Shown: piece by piece, positions 9,047-19,728 of the stretch
Layout of the letters: every line of letters begins with the position of its first letter
Position numbering within the stretch: the first letter of the stretch is position 1
DNA from: Candidatus Zixiibacteriota bacterium
GTDB lineage: Bacteria > UBP14 > UBA6098
Direction: 5' to 3'
NCBI GenBank assembly: GCA_011388305.1
Contig: DSAF01000089.1
Coordinates: 1 to 39,469, forward strand
DNA length: 39,469 bases
Made by a program: the position numbers and the translations under genes
Notes under the pieces: generated by a model
Told to the model about the DNA's origin: nothing
What the model saw: only the letters and a program-made list of their open reading frames with translations
Databases searched by the model: none

Positions 9047-10199
9047 GTATGTCGGTGCAATTCATATACATACGAAAGATTCCGACGGAAGCAAAACGCA
9101 TAAAGAAATAATTCGTATCGCCAACCGTTACCACCTCGACTTCCTCATCTTTACCGATCACATGACGATGGCGCATAAGGATGTCGAGGGGTGGCACGAC
9201 AGGCTTCTATGCCTCGTAGGCTATGAAATTCAAGATGCGAAGGACGAGAACCATTACCTCGCGATTGATTTAGACGAGGTTCTACCCGATGGTTTATCGG
9301 CGCCGGAATATGTCCGAAGAGTTCGCGACAAAGGCGGCATAGGAATAATCGCCCACCCCGACGAGGTGCGCGACATTCCGGAAGTCAAAGCGTATCCATG
9401 GACGGCGTGGCATGTCGATGTCTTCGACGGCATAGAAGTTTGGAATCATATGTCCGCGTGGCTGGAGGGCCTCGAGAAGAACACACGGCTCCGCTCTTTT
9501 CTTCATCCGAGGAGCATCCTCGGAACGCCCTCGCCTACGACCCTCGCGCGCTGGGACGAAGCCGCCGAAAAGCGCAGAGTCCTCGGAGTAGGTTCGCTCG
9601 ACGCCCACGCCGCGACATACAGGTTCGGCCCGCTTCGCCTGACGCTCTTCCCATATAAAGTTCAGCTTCAGTCGATTCGGACGCATGTCTTAACGGAAGC
9701 GCCGCTCCCCATCGACGATTTCGAGGGCGCGCGGAAGAAGTTTCTCAAATCCTTCAAATACGCCAGTGTATTTATCTCGAACTACCGCTGGGGAAACGCC
9801 CGCGGGTTCCGCTTTTGGTGCGAGTCCAAGCGTCAAATGTCAGTCGTTGGCGGGTCGATGAGCTTCCACCCGAGTATTGTATTCAAAGTCGAAGTGCCCG
9901 AGGAGGGCACAATTCGCCTTGTCCGAAGCGGCGAGGTTGTGGCCGAGGCGGAGGGAAAGTCCGCAGAATTCCCCGTTAAGGGCGATGGCGCGTATCGCGT
10001 CGAGGTGCTCAAAGGCGAAAAGGGCTGGATTTACTCCAATCACATTAAAATTTTTCCCTCCAGACGCGCAAAACCCGATGGTGGGAAACAAGGCCGCAGA
10101 TCCAACGAGGACAAGCCTTCTGATAAACAAGGCTCATCCCAGAGAAGGCGGAGACCTCGCCGGTCACAAGAATCCCATAACCCAAAACCGAAAACCTAA
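9021..10199 (+). CDS. PHP-domain metal-dependent phosphoesterase with Arg/Lys-rich C-terminal tail
   Basis: GAIHIHTKDSDGS matches PHP motif I (HxH...D), with further His/Asp motifs (FTDHM, IIAHPDE, SLDAH). The start overlaps the coaX 3' end by 26 nt. Confidence 0.7.
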   Translation: MSKLPELFEYVGAIHIHTKDSDGSKTHKEIIRIANRYHLDFLIFTDHMTMAHKDVEGWHDRLLCLVGYEIQDAKDENHYLAIDLDEVLPDGLSAPEYVRRVRDKGGIGIIAHPDEVRDIPEVKAYPWTAWHVDVFDGIEVWNHMSAWLEGLEKNTRLRSFLHPRSILGTPSPTTLARWDEAAEKRRVLGVGSLDAHAATYRFGPLRLTLFPYKVQLQSIRTHVLTEAPLPIDDFEGARKKFLKSFKYASVFISNYRWGNARGFRFWCESKRQMSVVGGSMSFHPSIVFKVEVPEEGTIRLVRSGEVVAEAEGKSAEFPVKGDGAYRVEVLKGEKGWIYSNHIKIFPSRRAKPDGGKQGRRSNEDKPSDKQGSSQRRRRPRRSQESHNPKPKT

Positions 10200-10220
10200 A
10201 ACCCATTACCTTTATCATAA

Positions 10221-13200
10221 ATGTTCCTCGCCCAGCTCACAATTTATGGCTTCAAGAGCTTCGCCAAGAAGACCGAGCTTTCCTTCAGTAGAGGGCTTTC
10301 CGCCGTTGTCGGCCCTAATGGTTGCGGCAAGACGAATATCCTCGATGCGATTCGATGGGTCATCGGCGAACAGAAGATTAAGTCGCTACGCTCAAGCTCG
10401 CTTCAGGATGTCATTTTCAAGGGCACCCGCGAGGAGAAGCCCATGAGCATGGCCGAGGTTCATCTCAAACTCAAAGACTGCAAAGGACTTCTGCCATACG
10501 ACCCGATGGCCGAGACCGTCATATTAGGGCGCAGATATTACCGCTCCGGCGACTCGGAGTATCTCGTTAACGGACGGCAGGTTCGCCTCAAAGACATCCA
10601 ATCCATTCTCATGGGGACGGGCATCGGAAGCTCGGTATATGCACTCATCGAGAGGTCGATGATTCACCGCATCCTCTCTGGGCGCAAAGACGACCGCCGC
10701 GAGCTTTTCGAGGAAGCCTCCGGCATCATGAAGTATAAATATGACCGGAAATCTTCCGAGAGCAAGCTACGAACTACGGAAACGGACATCGAACGGCTCG
10801 GCGATATTATTATCGAGGTGGGCGGGCAAGTCGCTTTCCTCAAGCGGCAGATGCGCCGCGCAAAGGACCTCGAGCGCCTCAAAGGCCGCGCCGCAAAACT
10901 CGCGACGCAGATTGCATTCAACGAATATGCTCGTCTCAAAGCATCCCTCGCCGTGGTCGCGAAGGAGTTATCGGCGAAAGAGGAAGAGCTTGCTCTGCTT
11001 AACGCCAAAAAGACCGAGCTTGAGACACGCAGGGAGACACTGGTTGCAAACCGTGACGAGAAGGCTATGCTGGTTAATAAAGCTGGTGAGGTTCTGCGGA
11101 AAGTCGAGTCGGGCATTGCGCGCGGAGAGAAGGAGCACGCCGTCCTCGAGGAGCGAATGAACAATGCCGAACGCGGAATCGAGGCCTCCGGCGCGACAAT
11201 CCAATCGCAGGAACTCCGTGAACGCGAGCTTTCCGCCCAAATCGAGGAAGCCGAAGCCAAGCTCGTAGAACTCCGCAGAATCGCTGTCGATATTAAAGCC
11301 GACGCCGACAGATTTGCGCTCGAACACGCCGAGGCAGAGAAGGATTTTACCGCACTGCGAAAGCTCGTATCAGAGCGGCGGAGCGAGCTATCGACAGCCG
11401 AGGCCGCACTCGCGCGAGTTTCCGCGAATATCGAGTCCGCGCGGGGGCAGATTGGCATCATAGATGAGCAAATATCTCAAATTGAGACCTCGGCAACGGG
11501 GCATACCTCATCACTCGAACATAAGCGTAAGTCGTTAGATGAACTGACAATTTCCCTCAAATCCCACGAGACAAACTTCATCGAGGCAAAGGGGATTTTC
11601 GAAGCCGCCGAGGCCGAGCTTGAGAGAATTCGCGCCCGCAAATCCGAACTTTACGATATAATAGGGCGGCTCGGCGGAGAGGTCGTGAGCATTCGTGCGA
11701 AGCTTATCTCCCTCGAAGAAGCCGCCAAACGCGGCGACCTGGACAAAGCCGTCCGCGAGAAGATAACCGAGCGCGGTGCTATTGGGCGAGTGGTCGAACT
11801 AATCGAGCCTGCAGACTTGCCCGCACCAGCGATAGACTTGATTTTGGGCGAGATAGCCAGAGCGTGGGTAGTCCCGGACGAGCGCACCGCGAAAGCCGTC
11901 GCCGAGATATTTGTCGAAGCAAAAATCCCCGCGATTTTGGTGGTTCTCGATGAGCTTCCAAATCCAACAAGCTCCTCCGCGATAGCCAAAGCTGGCGCCG
12001 AGAGACTCACCTCGCTCCTCAATGGCTGGTCGTTGGGCGACGGCACGGGGAAGTTCGTCGCACAAGACGGAGAGTTCCTTCGAGAACCGGGAATCCGCCG
12101 AATTGGCAAGCCTGCCGGTGCTCCGGTGACGAGAGCTGTCGAGCTAAAAAACACTCGCGCCGAACTTGCAAGCAAAGAGGCCGAAGAGAAATCCGCAAAC
12201 GAGGCTTTGCAGAAAGTTATATCCGATGAGGACTTGGCGCGCCGTGCCGTCGATTCCGCACGAAACGCGCTTCACTCGGCAGAGAAGGCATTCCGCACCG
12301 CCGAAAACAGCCATCGCGAAATGGAGTTCGAGGTTCGCAGTTTGGAGAGCGCAATACATAGCGCCGATTCGAGAGCCAAAGACCTCGCCCAAAGACGCAC
12401 CGAGACTGCCGAGTCTATCGAGGCGAATTCCCGCGAATTGTCCCAGCTCGAGGCGAAAGTGAAACACCTCTCCGCAGAACTTGAAGAGCTTACGGAAAAG
12501 CAGGAGAAGGCAGAGTTACTATCGAGAGAGCGCAGTAAGAAAGCCACCGACGAGCAGATGGAATATGTTCGCAGAAAGGGCGAGGTGTCTGCGCTCGAAC
12601 GGGAAATTTCTCGGATGGAGCTTCAGCGCAAAGAGGCGATTGCTGTCGCCGAACGCGCCAGAGAGCGAGCCAAAGAACTTACAGAAGAATTTGAAGCCTG
12701 CAAAACGGCGCGTGAAAAATTCCGCGAGGAAATTCAAGAACTTTTTGGAAATCGCGAGCAGGCAGAAAGCGACCTCAAGGAGGCGGGCGAAAAAGCGCAG
12801 GAGGCCGAAGAAAGCCTCCGGAAGCTCGAGAGCGAGCTTAGAGAGACATCGAACAAGCTCTCCGCGCTCGAGAAGGCCGTCCACGAGAAGTCCATGCAGA
12901 AACATGATTTCGACATGCAAACCCAGTGGATTCGCAAAAACTTAAACAGCGAATACTCAATAGATATCGAGGACGTCGAAGTCGAAGAGGAGTTGGATGA
13001 GTTACAGGAGCAAAACGCCAAGATAAAACTCGACCGCCTCAAGACGCAAATCGCCGATTTCGGGGGGGTTGACCCCGAGGCGGAGGATAAATTCAATGAA
13101 GAAAATCAGCGTCTCGAGTTCCTCACCGCACAACGCGATGACCTCGTCGAGGCGGGCAAAGAACTGCGTAAGACCATCCGCAAGCTCGACAACCTCGCCC

Positions 13201-13688
13201 GCGAGGAGTTCACGCAGACATTCGAAAAGACGCGACTGCATTTCCGCCAGATTTTCACCGAGCTTTTCGAGGGCGGCGAGGCTGACCTCAAACTCGAGGA
13301 GGGCGTCGATATTCTCGAGGCGGATGTTATCATCGAGGCGCGTCCGCGCGGAAAGCGCTTTTTGACGATGGGTCAGCTCTCTGACGGTGAAAAATCACTT
13401 TGCGCACTGTCGCTTCTCTTTGGGCTTTATAAAGTCAAACCAAGCCCGTTTTGCATGCTCGACGAGGTCGATGCGCCACTCGACGACGCCAATATCGGCC
13501 GCTTTCTGCGTCTCATCCGCCGCTTTTCTGACGAGACGCAGTTCATCCTCATCACGCACAACAAGCGAACGATGGAGGCCGTGGATTATCTCTATGGCGT
13601 TACCATGCAAGAACATGGCATCTCGAAAGCCATTTCACTCAAACTCTCCGATCTATCCCTCGATTTAGAGGGCGTGGTCGCGCAATAA
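10221..13688 (+). CDS. smc: Chromosome segregation protein SMC
   Basis: 1155 aa. It has the N-terminal Walker [22 protein letters not shown], long Glu/Lys/Ala-rich coiled coils around a central hinge, a C-terminal signature [16 protein letters not shown] and Walker [14 protein letters not shown]. Confidence 0.95.
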   Translation: MFLAQLTIYGFKSFAKKTELSFSRGLSAVVGPNGCGKTNILDAIRWVIGEQKIKSLRSSSLQDVIFKGTREEKPMSMAEVHLKLKDCKGLLPYDPMAETVILGRRYYRSGDSEYLVNGRQVRLKDIQSILMGTGIGSSVYALIERSMIHRILSGRKDDRRELFEEASGIMKYKYDRKSSESKLRTTETDIERLGDIIIEVGGQVAFLKRQMRRAKDLERLKGRAAKLATQIAFNEYARLKASLAVVAKELSAKEEELALLNAKKTELETRRETLVANRDEKAMLVNKAGEVLRKVESGIARGEKEHAVLEERMNNAERGIEASGATIQSQELRERELSAQIEEAEAKLVELRRIAVDIKADADRFALEHAEAEKDFTALRKLVSERRSELSTAEAALARVSANIESARGQIGIIDEQISQIETSATGHTSSLEHKRKSLDELTISLKSHETNFIEAKGIFEAAEAELERIRARKSELYDIIGRLGGEVVSIRAKLISLEEAAKRGDLDKAVREKITERGAIGRVVELIEPADLPAPAIDLILGEIARAWVVPDERTAKAVAEIFVEAKIPAILVVLDELPNPTSSSAIAKAGAERLTSLLNGWSLGDGTGKFVAQDGEFLREPGIRRIGKPAGAPVTRAVELKNTRAELASKEAEEKSANEALQKVISDEDLARRAVDSARNALHSAEKAFRTAENSHREMEFEVRSLESAIHSADSRAKDLAQRRTETAESIEANSRELSQLEAKVKHLSAELEELTEKQEKAELLSRERSKKATDEQMEYVRRKGEVSALEREISRMELQRKEAIAVAERARERAKELTEEFEACKTAREKFREEIQELFGNREQAESDLKEAGEKAQEAEESLRKLESELRETSNKLSALEKAVHEKSMQKHDFDMQTQWIRKNLNSEYSIDIEDVEVEEELDELQEQNAKIKLDRLKTQIADFGGVDPEAEDKFNEENQRLEFLTAQRDDLVEAGKELRKTIRKLDNLAREEFTQTFEKTRLHFRQIFTELFEGGEADLKLEEGVDILEADVIIEARPRGKRFLTMGQLSDGEKSLCALSLLFGLYKVKPSPFCMLDEVDAPLDDANIGRFLRLIRRFSDETQFILITHNKRTMEAVDYLYGVTMQEHGISKAISLKLSDLSLDLEGVVAQ

Positions 13689-13699
13689 GAAGAAAATCC

Positions 13700-15502
13700 A
13701 TGAAAAACAGTAAATATATACGCAATTTCTCAATAATCGCGCACATCGACCACGGCAAATCGACGCTTGCCGACCGGATTCTCGAACTGACCGGTGCAGT
13801 CGAGATAGGCGCTCACGTGGAGCAACTCCTCGACAATATGGAACTCGAACGCGAGCGCGGAATTACCATTAAATCCCACGCGATTAAGATGGATTACAAG
13901 GCTTCCGATGGCGAAGTTTATGAGCTTAATCTCATCGACACGCCTGGCCACGTCGATTTCACTTATGAGGTCTCTCGCTCGCTCGCGGCCTGTGAGGGCG
14001 CGCTCATAATTGTCGATGCTACTCAGGGAATCGAGGCGCAGACGATTTCCAACCTCTATCTCGCAATCGAGAACGACCTCGAGATAATACCGGTGGTGAA
14101 CAAAATCGACATGCCAGCGGCGCGGCCGGAGGATGTCGCCGTCGAAATCGCCGAACTTCTCGGTTGCGACATCGGCGATGTGCTCATGGTTTCGGCGAAA
14201 ACGGGTGAGGGCGTGCCGGATGTCGTCGAAGCAATAGTTAAACGCATTCCTCCGCCCGAAGACAATCTCGACGCACCGCCCCGCGCTCTCATTTTCGACA
14301 GCTTTTATGACACATACCGTGGCGTTGTAGTTTATGCCCGTGTTGTTGATGGAACTTTTTCGCTGGGGGACAAGATAAAATTCTTCGTCACGGAGAAACA
14401 ATACGAGATCGACGAACTGGGATACCTCACGCTCTCGCTGGAAAAGACGGACTCGCTTTCCACAGGCGAGGTCGGCTATCTCATGGCGAATGTCAAGAGC
14501 GTGGGCGATGCCCGCGTCGGGGACACGATTACGACGGTGAAAAACTCCGCCGACAAGCCTCTGCCGGGATACCGTGAGGTCAAGCCGATGGTCTATAGCG
14601 GATTCTACCCGACCAACCCGGACGATTTTGAGGGCCTTCGCTCTGCGCTCGAGAAGCTCAAACTCAACGATGCGAGCCTCGTCTATGAGCCGGAGACCTC
14701 CGCCGCGCTTGGTTTTGGCTTCCGTTGCGGCTTTCTCGGTCTTCTGCACCTCGAAATTACACAGGAGCGCCTCTTTCGAGAATACGACCTTGACCTCGTC
14801 GCGACGGTGCCCAATGTCGAGTATATAGTAATGAAAGAGGACGGCGAGAAAGTCACCGTCGAGAACCCCGCGAAGATGCCCGACCCGCTCGAAATCGAGT
14901 CCGTCGAAGAGCCTTTCGTGGAGGCGGAAATCATCACTCCGCACGAGTTCGTCAGCCCTATAATGAACCTCGTCAAAGAGCGGCGCGGCGAGTATGTCGC
15001 CACAGAGTTCATCGACCCAGCGCGCGTTCTTTTGCGATTCAATATCCCCCTCGCGGAGGTAATTTTCGACTTCTTTGACAAGATGAAAACCGTATCGCGC
15101 GGCTATGGGAGCTTCGACTACAAGCTCATAGGCTATCGTCCCTCCGACCTCGTCAAGCTCGATGTCCGCGTCAATGGCGACCTTGTCGATGCACTTTCCA
15201 TAATCATCCACAGGGAGAGGACTTACGACTGGGGACAGAAGCTCGTAAGCAAGCTCAAGGAGCTTATCCCCCGCCAGATGTATGAAGTGGTGATTCAGGC
15301 GGCGATTGGCACGCGCGTAATCTCCCGCGCCCGATGCGCACCGCTCCGCAAGAATGTTACCGCCAAATGCTATGGCGGCGACATCTCACGAAAGCGCAAG
15401 CTCCTCGAACGCCAGAAGGAGGGCAAGCGCCGAATGAAGATGGTCGGTAGCGTGGAAATTCCGCAGGACGCATTTTTCGCCGTGCTAAAAATCGAGAGAT
15501 GA
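13700..15502 (+). CDS. lepA: Translation elongation factor 4 (LepA)
   Basis: 600 aa. It carries the GTPase motifs [24 protein letters not shown] and NKIDMP, plus the LepA C-terminal region [22 protein letters not shown]. Confidence 0.95.
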   Translation: MKNSKYIRNFSIIAHIDHGKSTLADRILELTGAVEIGAHVEQLLDNMELERERGITIKSHAIKMDYKASDGEVYELNLIDTPGHVDFTYEVSRSLAACEGALIIVDATQGIEAQTISNLYLAIENDLEIIPVVNKIDMPAARPEDVAVEIAELLGCDIGDVLMVSAKTGEGVPDVVEAIVKRIPPPEDNLDAPPRALIFDSFYDTYRGVVVYARVVDGTFSLGDKIKFFVTEKQYEIDELGYLTLSLEKTDSLSTGEVGYLMANVKSVGDARVGDTITTVKNSADKPLPGYREVKPMVYSGFYPTNPDDFEGLRSALEKLKLNDASLVYEPETSAALGFGFRCGFLGLLHLEITQERLFREYDLDLVATVPNVEYIVMKEDGEKVTVENPAKMPDPLEIESVEEPFVEAEIITPHEFVSPIMNLVKERRGEYVATEFIDPARVLLRFNIPLAEVIFDFFDKMKTVSRGYGSFDYKLIGYRPSDLVKLDVRVNGDLVDALSIIIHRERTYDWGQKLVSKLKELIPRQMYEVVIQAAIGTRVISRARCAPLRKNVTAKCYGGDISRKRKLLERQKEGKRRMKMVGSVEIPQDAFFAVLKIER

Positions 15503-15527
15503 TGATCGTTATGGCTTGAAGCCTTCG

Positions 15528-15547
15528 GGGCGAGGCTCTCCTCGCCC
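15528..15547. terminator. GC-rich hairpin between convergent lepA and the ABC exporter gene; arms identical to the REP-like palindrome at 33159..33178
   Basis: gggcgagg (15528-15535), loop ctct, cctcgccc (15540-15547), then tttgcc. It lies 26 nt after the lepA stop. Confidence 0.55.
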
Positions 15548-15570
15548 TTTGCCTATTACCGCTCCCACGC

Positions 15571-17739
15571 CTACGCCCCCACCTCTTGTCCCTTATATTG
15601 AAGTTGGTAGAGCTTGTAATAAATTCCGCCGTGGGCGAGGAGCTGTTGGTGGTTGCCCTGTTCGACGAGCTTGCCTTTGTGCATAACGAGAATGCGATCA
15701 ACATGCTGTATTGTCGAGAGGCGATGGGCTATGATGATGCTGGTGCGGTTGCGGATGAGCTTTAAGAGCGCTTCTTGGATGAGTTGCTCGGTCTCAGTGT
15801 CAATGTTCGATGTCGCCTCGTCGAGAACGAGGATGGACGGATCGAATGCTAAAACTCGCGCGAATGCGAGAAGTTGCCGCTGACCGGAAGATAGCGTGCT
15901 TCCGCGCTCCGTCACCGGCTCGTCGAATTGATTCGGAAGTCTCTCGATGAACTTATGCGCATTGACAGTCCGCGCAAACTCGGCGAGCTGTTGTTCTTCG
16001 ATTTCTCCGTTATTAAGGCGGATGTTCGACTTGATGTCCCTCGCGAAGAGGAAGACATCCTGAAGAACCACGCCTATGTGCCGGCGCAGATTTTGCATGT
16101 CCCAGTCGCGTAAATCGATGCCATCCACGCGGATGGAGCCGCGCTGAATATCGTAGAAGCGCGAAAGTAGCGAGATTATCGTGGTCTTGCCCGCGCCGGT
16201 TTCGCCCACTATTGCCACGGACTGCCCCGGCTCTACCGACCAGCTTACGCCTTTGAGAATCCAGTCCCAGTCGGAGTTGTCGGGGAGGCGCTTATATGCG
16301 AACCACACGTCGTCGAACTCGACGCTTCCTTTGATGTCCGTAATGATGACGGGGTTCTCCGGTGCGACTATGTCCGGCTTCTCGTCCATAATCTGGAATA
16401 TGCGCTCGGAACTGGCCATCGCCGACTGCATGACGTTGAATTTCTCTGCGAGGGCGTTAATCGGCTGGAAAAACATCTCGATGTATTGCAGATATGCTAC
16501 CAGCGCTCCCAATGGCAGGAGATTCTGAATCACCTGTCCGCCGCCGAACCAAAGAACAAGCGCAAGCCCGAGGTTGCGGAAGAAAACGATAACCGGCGAG
16601 AACAGGCCATGGATGGTTATTTCATACATGTTGGCCTTGTAATAGTCGCGGTTAATCACCTCGAAGCGCCGGAAATTCTCGTTTTCGCGGGCGAATATCT
16701 TAATAATACGAATTCCGCTGAAATGCTCGGACAGGGTGGCGTTGATGCGCGCTATCTTGAGACGGACGCGCCGATATGCCGCGCGGAACTTGATTCTGAA
16801 AAGAAGCGTTGCGGCCATGATGAGTGGCGTAATCGCCATCAATAGAAGCCCGAGGCGCCAGTTCATTATTAGAAGCATGACCGAGATGCCCATGAACTTA
16901 AAGAGATCGCTGAAGAGCGTAATCAGCACGCTGGTGAACATCTCGTTGAGGACGTTCACATCGTTTGTGCTCCTCGTGACGAGCCTGCCCACGGGGTTAC
17001 TGTCAAAGAAACGAAGCGATAGCGTCTGAATGTGCCGGAAAAGCGCGTTGCGAATGTCGAACAGGATGTTCTGCCCGACTAATGTCATGAGGTATATCTG
17101 CGCATATTGCAGGAGGAACACCGTGACGAGTAGCAACACGAAAATTGCGCCGATGATGAGTATTCCCCTGCGGTCTCTGCCGCGGACTGTCATCAAATCA
17201 CTGCGGGAAATCTCGCGGAGCGTCGAGTAATCGATGATGAATATCTCCGGATCGCCCGTGGCCTCGAATTTCTCCTCGTGGCGCGAGAGAACTTCCTCGA
17301 CGGCAGGCCTGTCCACCACTTTCGACAAATCGACAATGTAGAACTTCTCTCTGCCGATTAGTTCCTCGGCTTCGAGCCACGCCGCGCGCCCGGGGTCGAG
17401 TTCGTTGGCGTCAAGGAGATAGATGCCCTCCTCTTGCAATGGAAGAAGCTTGTCTCGATGTCTTTCGAGAACGTCGGGGACAACCGGCAAGCTCTCGTCG
17501 GAGAGGTCGATTTTTGCGTTGCTGAATATAATGAATCGGTCGATAGCAATCTTCGTGATATATGGCTGTGCTATCTGAAGCGCCGACAGGAAGATAACCA
17601 GAGTAATCGTGAGGATGAAGAGCTTGGTGTATGGCTTGGCATACTTCATCAGCCGGCGGACGAGGTTGCCGTCGTAAACCTTGCCGAGAGCCTGTTCCTC
17701 GTGGAAATCTTCGTATCCGCTTCCGCGTCCGGGAGGCAT
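15571..17739 (-). CDS. ABC exporter, fused permease/ATPase (722 aa) with enlarged TM1-TM2 loop
   Basis: Walker A GETGAGKTT, signature LSSGQRQLLAFARV, Walker B ILVLDEATSNID. The N-terminal half has six predicted TM segments. An extra ~115 aa sits between TM1 and TM2. Confidence 0.9.
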   Translation of the reverse strand: MPPGRGSGYEDFHEEQALGKVYDGNLVRRLMKYAKPYTKLFILTITLVIFLSALQIAQPYITKIAIDRFIIFSNAKIDLSDESLPVVPDVLERHRDKLLPLQEEGIYLLDANELDPGRAAWLEAEELIGREKFYIVDLSKVVDRPAVEEVLSRHEEKFEATGDPEIFIIDYSTLREISRSDLMTVRGRDRRGILIIGAIFVLLLVTVFLLQYAQIYLMTLVGQNILFDIRNALFRHIQTLSLRFFDSNPVGRLVTRSTNDVNVLNEMFTSVLITLFSDLFKFMGISVMLLIMNWRLGLLLMAITPLIMAATLLFRIKFRAAYRRVRLKIARINATLSEHFSGIRIIKIFARENENFRRFEVINRDYYKANMYEITIHGLFSPVIVFFRNLGLALVLWFGGGQVIQNLLPLGALVAYLQYIEMFFQPINALAEKFNVMQSAMASSERIFQIMDEKPDIVAPENPVIITDIKGSVEFDDVWFAYKRLPDNSDWDWILKGVSWSVEPGQSVAIVGETGAGKTTIISLLSRFYDIQRGSIRVDGIDLRDWDMQNLRRHIGVVLQDVFLFARDIKSNIRLNNGEIEEQQLAEFARTVNAHKFIERLPNQFDEPVTERGSTLSSGQRQLLAFARVLAFDPSILVLDEATSNIDTETEQLIQEALLKLIRNRTSIIIAHRLSTIQHVDRILVMHKGKLVEQGNHQQLLAHGGIYYKLYQLQYKGQEVGA

Positions 17740-17742
17740 GGT

Positions 17743-19497
17743 TTAGTCCTCGCTTTCGAGCAGTTGCTCGAGTTTCTGTCTTCTGTCGATGTCGGCGTAG
17801 ATGCCGCCCACAGCGAGTAGCTCGTCGTGGCTACCCTGCTCGACGAGCTTGCCCTCATCGAGAACGAAAATGTGGTCGGCGTTTTTCACCGTGCTAATTC
17901 TGTGACTAATCAGTATGCTCGTTCTTCCCTCCATGAATCCCCGAAGCCCCGTCAGAATCTTCTCCTCCGTTTCAGTATCAACTGCGGAGAAGGAATCGTC
18001 GAGGATGAGTATCTTCGGCTTAATCAGGAGCGCCCTCGCGAGCGAAATCCTCTGCTTCTGGCCGCCGGAGAGGGTGATTCCTCTCTCGCCGGAGACAGTC
18101 TGATACTGCTCGGGGAACTCCATAATATTATCGTGAATCTGTGCGATTTTCGCGCAATCGATTGCCTCCTCGTCGGGCGCGTCCGGCCTGCCGAACTTGA
18201 TGTTGTCGATAATCGATTCGGAGAAGAGGAAGCTGTCCTGCGGGACTGCGCCGATCTGCCCTCTAAGCGGCTCGAGTGCCAAATCGCGGATATCGTGACC
18301 ATCGATAAAAAGCGTCCCGCGCGGAACATCGAAGAGGCGTGGGATTAGGCGAAGCAAAGTCGATTTGCCGCTACCGGTTCTACCAATAATCGCAACGGTT
18401 TGACCGGCGTCAATCTTCATCGAGAGGTTCTCGAGAACGGGGCCGGTGCTGGCGTCGTCGTTGTATTCAAAGGTGAGGTCTTTGAACTCGATTTCTCCGC
18501 GCATATCGTCGAGGACGATGGGGTTGGAGATTTCTTTAATCTCCGGTTCGAGGGCGAAGACCTCGTTGAGCCTGCCCATCGATGCTTTGCCGCGCTGATA
18601 GAGGTTGCTAATCCAGCCGACTGCAATCATAGGCCAGACGGCGAGGCCGAGATAGGCGTTGAACGCTACGAAATCGCCCATCGACATCGTCCCAAGGATG
18701 ACTCTATCGCCGCCGAGGAGAATCACCATACCGAAGCAGATTCCTATAACGAGGGTAATCAGTGGGTCGAACATGCCCCAAACGCGCACAAGCCACATGT
18801 TCTTCTGGCGGTAGTCGTTGTTTTTGACCTGAAAGTGGTCGAACTCGGATTCCTCTTGGGCGTATGCCTTAATCACGCGGATACCGGAGTATGTCTCCTG
18901 TGCGCTGTCGGTCAGCGTCGCGAAGCTGGCCTGCACTTCCTTGAACCTGTCGTGGAGCTTGCGCCCAAAATGCATAATGATGAACGACAGAATCGGCATA
19001 GGAATGAGAATGAACAGCGTGAGCCTCCAGTTGAGGAGCACGAGCATGACTATGCTCGCCATAAGCATGAACACCGCGTCAAAAGCGACGATGAAAGCCA
19101 TTCCAGTCATCATGCGGACGGCATCGAGGTCGTTGGTTGCCAGTGCCATGAGGTCGCCTACTTTGGTGCGGTTGAAGTGCCCGACGCTCTGCGAGAGAAG
19201 CGTCCGGTAGAACCTATTGCGCAGGTCGAACTCGATTTTCCTCGAAGCCCCCACAATCAAATATCGCCAGAAGAATCGCATTATGCCGATTCCTATCGCG
19301 AGCGCGAGAATAATGGCACTCCAACGCAAAAGGTCGGGCGACTCGATAGTCCCGAAAGTGAGGCCGTCGATAATCGTCCGCGTAATGCGCGGAAGGATAA
19401 GCTGGAAGGCATCTACGAAGACGAGCGCGAAGAAGCCTCCGACGAAAGCCCATCGATACTTCCAGAAATAGTGTTTTAGCGGTGCAAAAACTTTCAT
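17743..19497 (-). CDS. ABC exporter, fused permease/ATPase (584 aa); probable heterodimer partner of the downstream gene
   Basis: Walker A GRTGSGKST, signature LSGGQKQRISLARAL, Walker B ILILDDSFSAVD. Only a 3-nt gap separates it from the next ABC gene. Confidence 0.9.
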   Translation of the reverse strand: MKVFAPLKHYFWKYRWAFVGGFFALVFVDAFQLILPRITRTIIDGLTFGTIESPDLLRWSAIILALAIGIGIMRFFWRYLIVGASRKIEFDLRNRFYRTLLSQSVGHFNRTKVGDLMALATNDLDAVRMMTGMAFIVAFDAVFMLMASIVMLVLLNWRLTLFILIPMPILSFIIMHFGRKLHDRFKEVQASFATLTDSAQETYSGIRVIKAYAQEESEFDHFQVKNNDYRQKNMWLVRVWGMFDPLITLVIGICFGMVILLGGDRVILGTMSMGDFVAFNAYLGLAVWPMIAVGWISNLYQRGKASMGRLNEVFALEPEIKEISNPIVLDDMRGEIEFKDLTFEYNDDASTGPVLENLSMKIDAGQTVAIIGRTGSGKSTLLRLIPRLFDVPRGTLFIDGHDIRDLALEPLRGQIGAVPQDSFLFSESIIDNIKFGRPDAPDEEAIDCAKIAQIHDNIMEFPEQYQTVSGERGITLSGGQKQRISLARALLIKPKILILDDSFSAVDTETEEKILTGLRGFMEGRTSILISHRISTVKNADHIFVLDEGKLVEQGSHDELLAVGGIYADIDRRQKLEQLLESED

Positions 19498-19648
19498 GCT
19501 ATGACCATGCGGTCATTCTCAATGGTTAATAATCCGGTTATTCTACTTATTTTACATCGAATAGCAAGCCAGAAAACGCAAATATTGTATTGTGGTAAAT
19601 TGAGATTATATCTATTTTACCTCATTATGCGATCGGTAAAAATTCCCC

Positions 19649-19677
19649 TTGACCAAACGCCACCGGCGAATTATATT
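19649..19677 (+). promoter_or_regulatory. Candidate sigma-70 promoter for the nucleotidyltransferase gene
   Basis: TTGACC (19649-19654), a 17-nt spacer, then TATATT (19672-19677), about 50 nt upstream of the start codon in an AT-rich divergent intergenic region. Confidence 0.45.
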
Positions 19678-19728
19678 GTGGTAAAACGTCCGCCGCATCT
19701 TAATCCTCGCATTTGAACGGAGAATGTG

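Noticed and set aside
10664-11461. 265-aa Ser/Ala/Arg-rich ORF antisense to the smc coiled-coil region
   Set aside because: It is the complement of a Glu/Lys/Ala/Leu-rich coiled-coil coding region. Low complexity, no independent signals.
13730-15211. 493-aa ORF antisense to lepA
   Set aside because: It lies entirely within, and opposite to, a gene with unmistakable EF4 motifs. Its composition is Arg/Val/Asp-rich with no recognisable motif. It is the typical stop-codon-poor antisense frame of a GC-rich gene.
18400-19479. 359-aa ORF antisense to the 584-aa ABC exporter gene
   Set aside because: It is opposite a gene with complete Walker A, signature and Walker B motifs. The sequence is His/Glu/Arg-rich and looks unlike a real protein.
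19501-19716. 71-aa ORF in the AT-rich divergent intergenic region
   Set aside because: It has no RBS and sits over predicted promoters for both flanking units. Its composition reflects AT-rich non-coding DNA.
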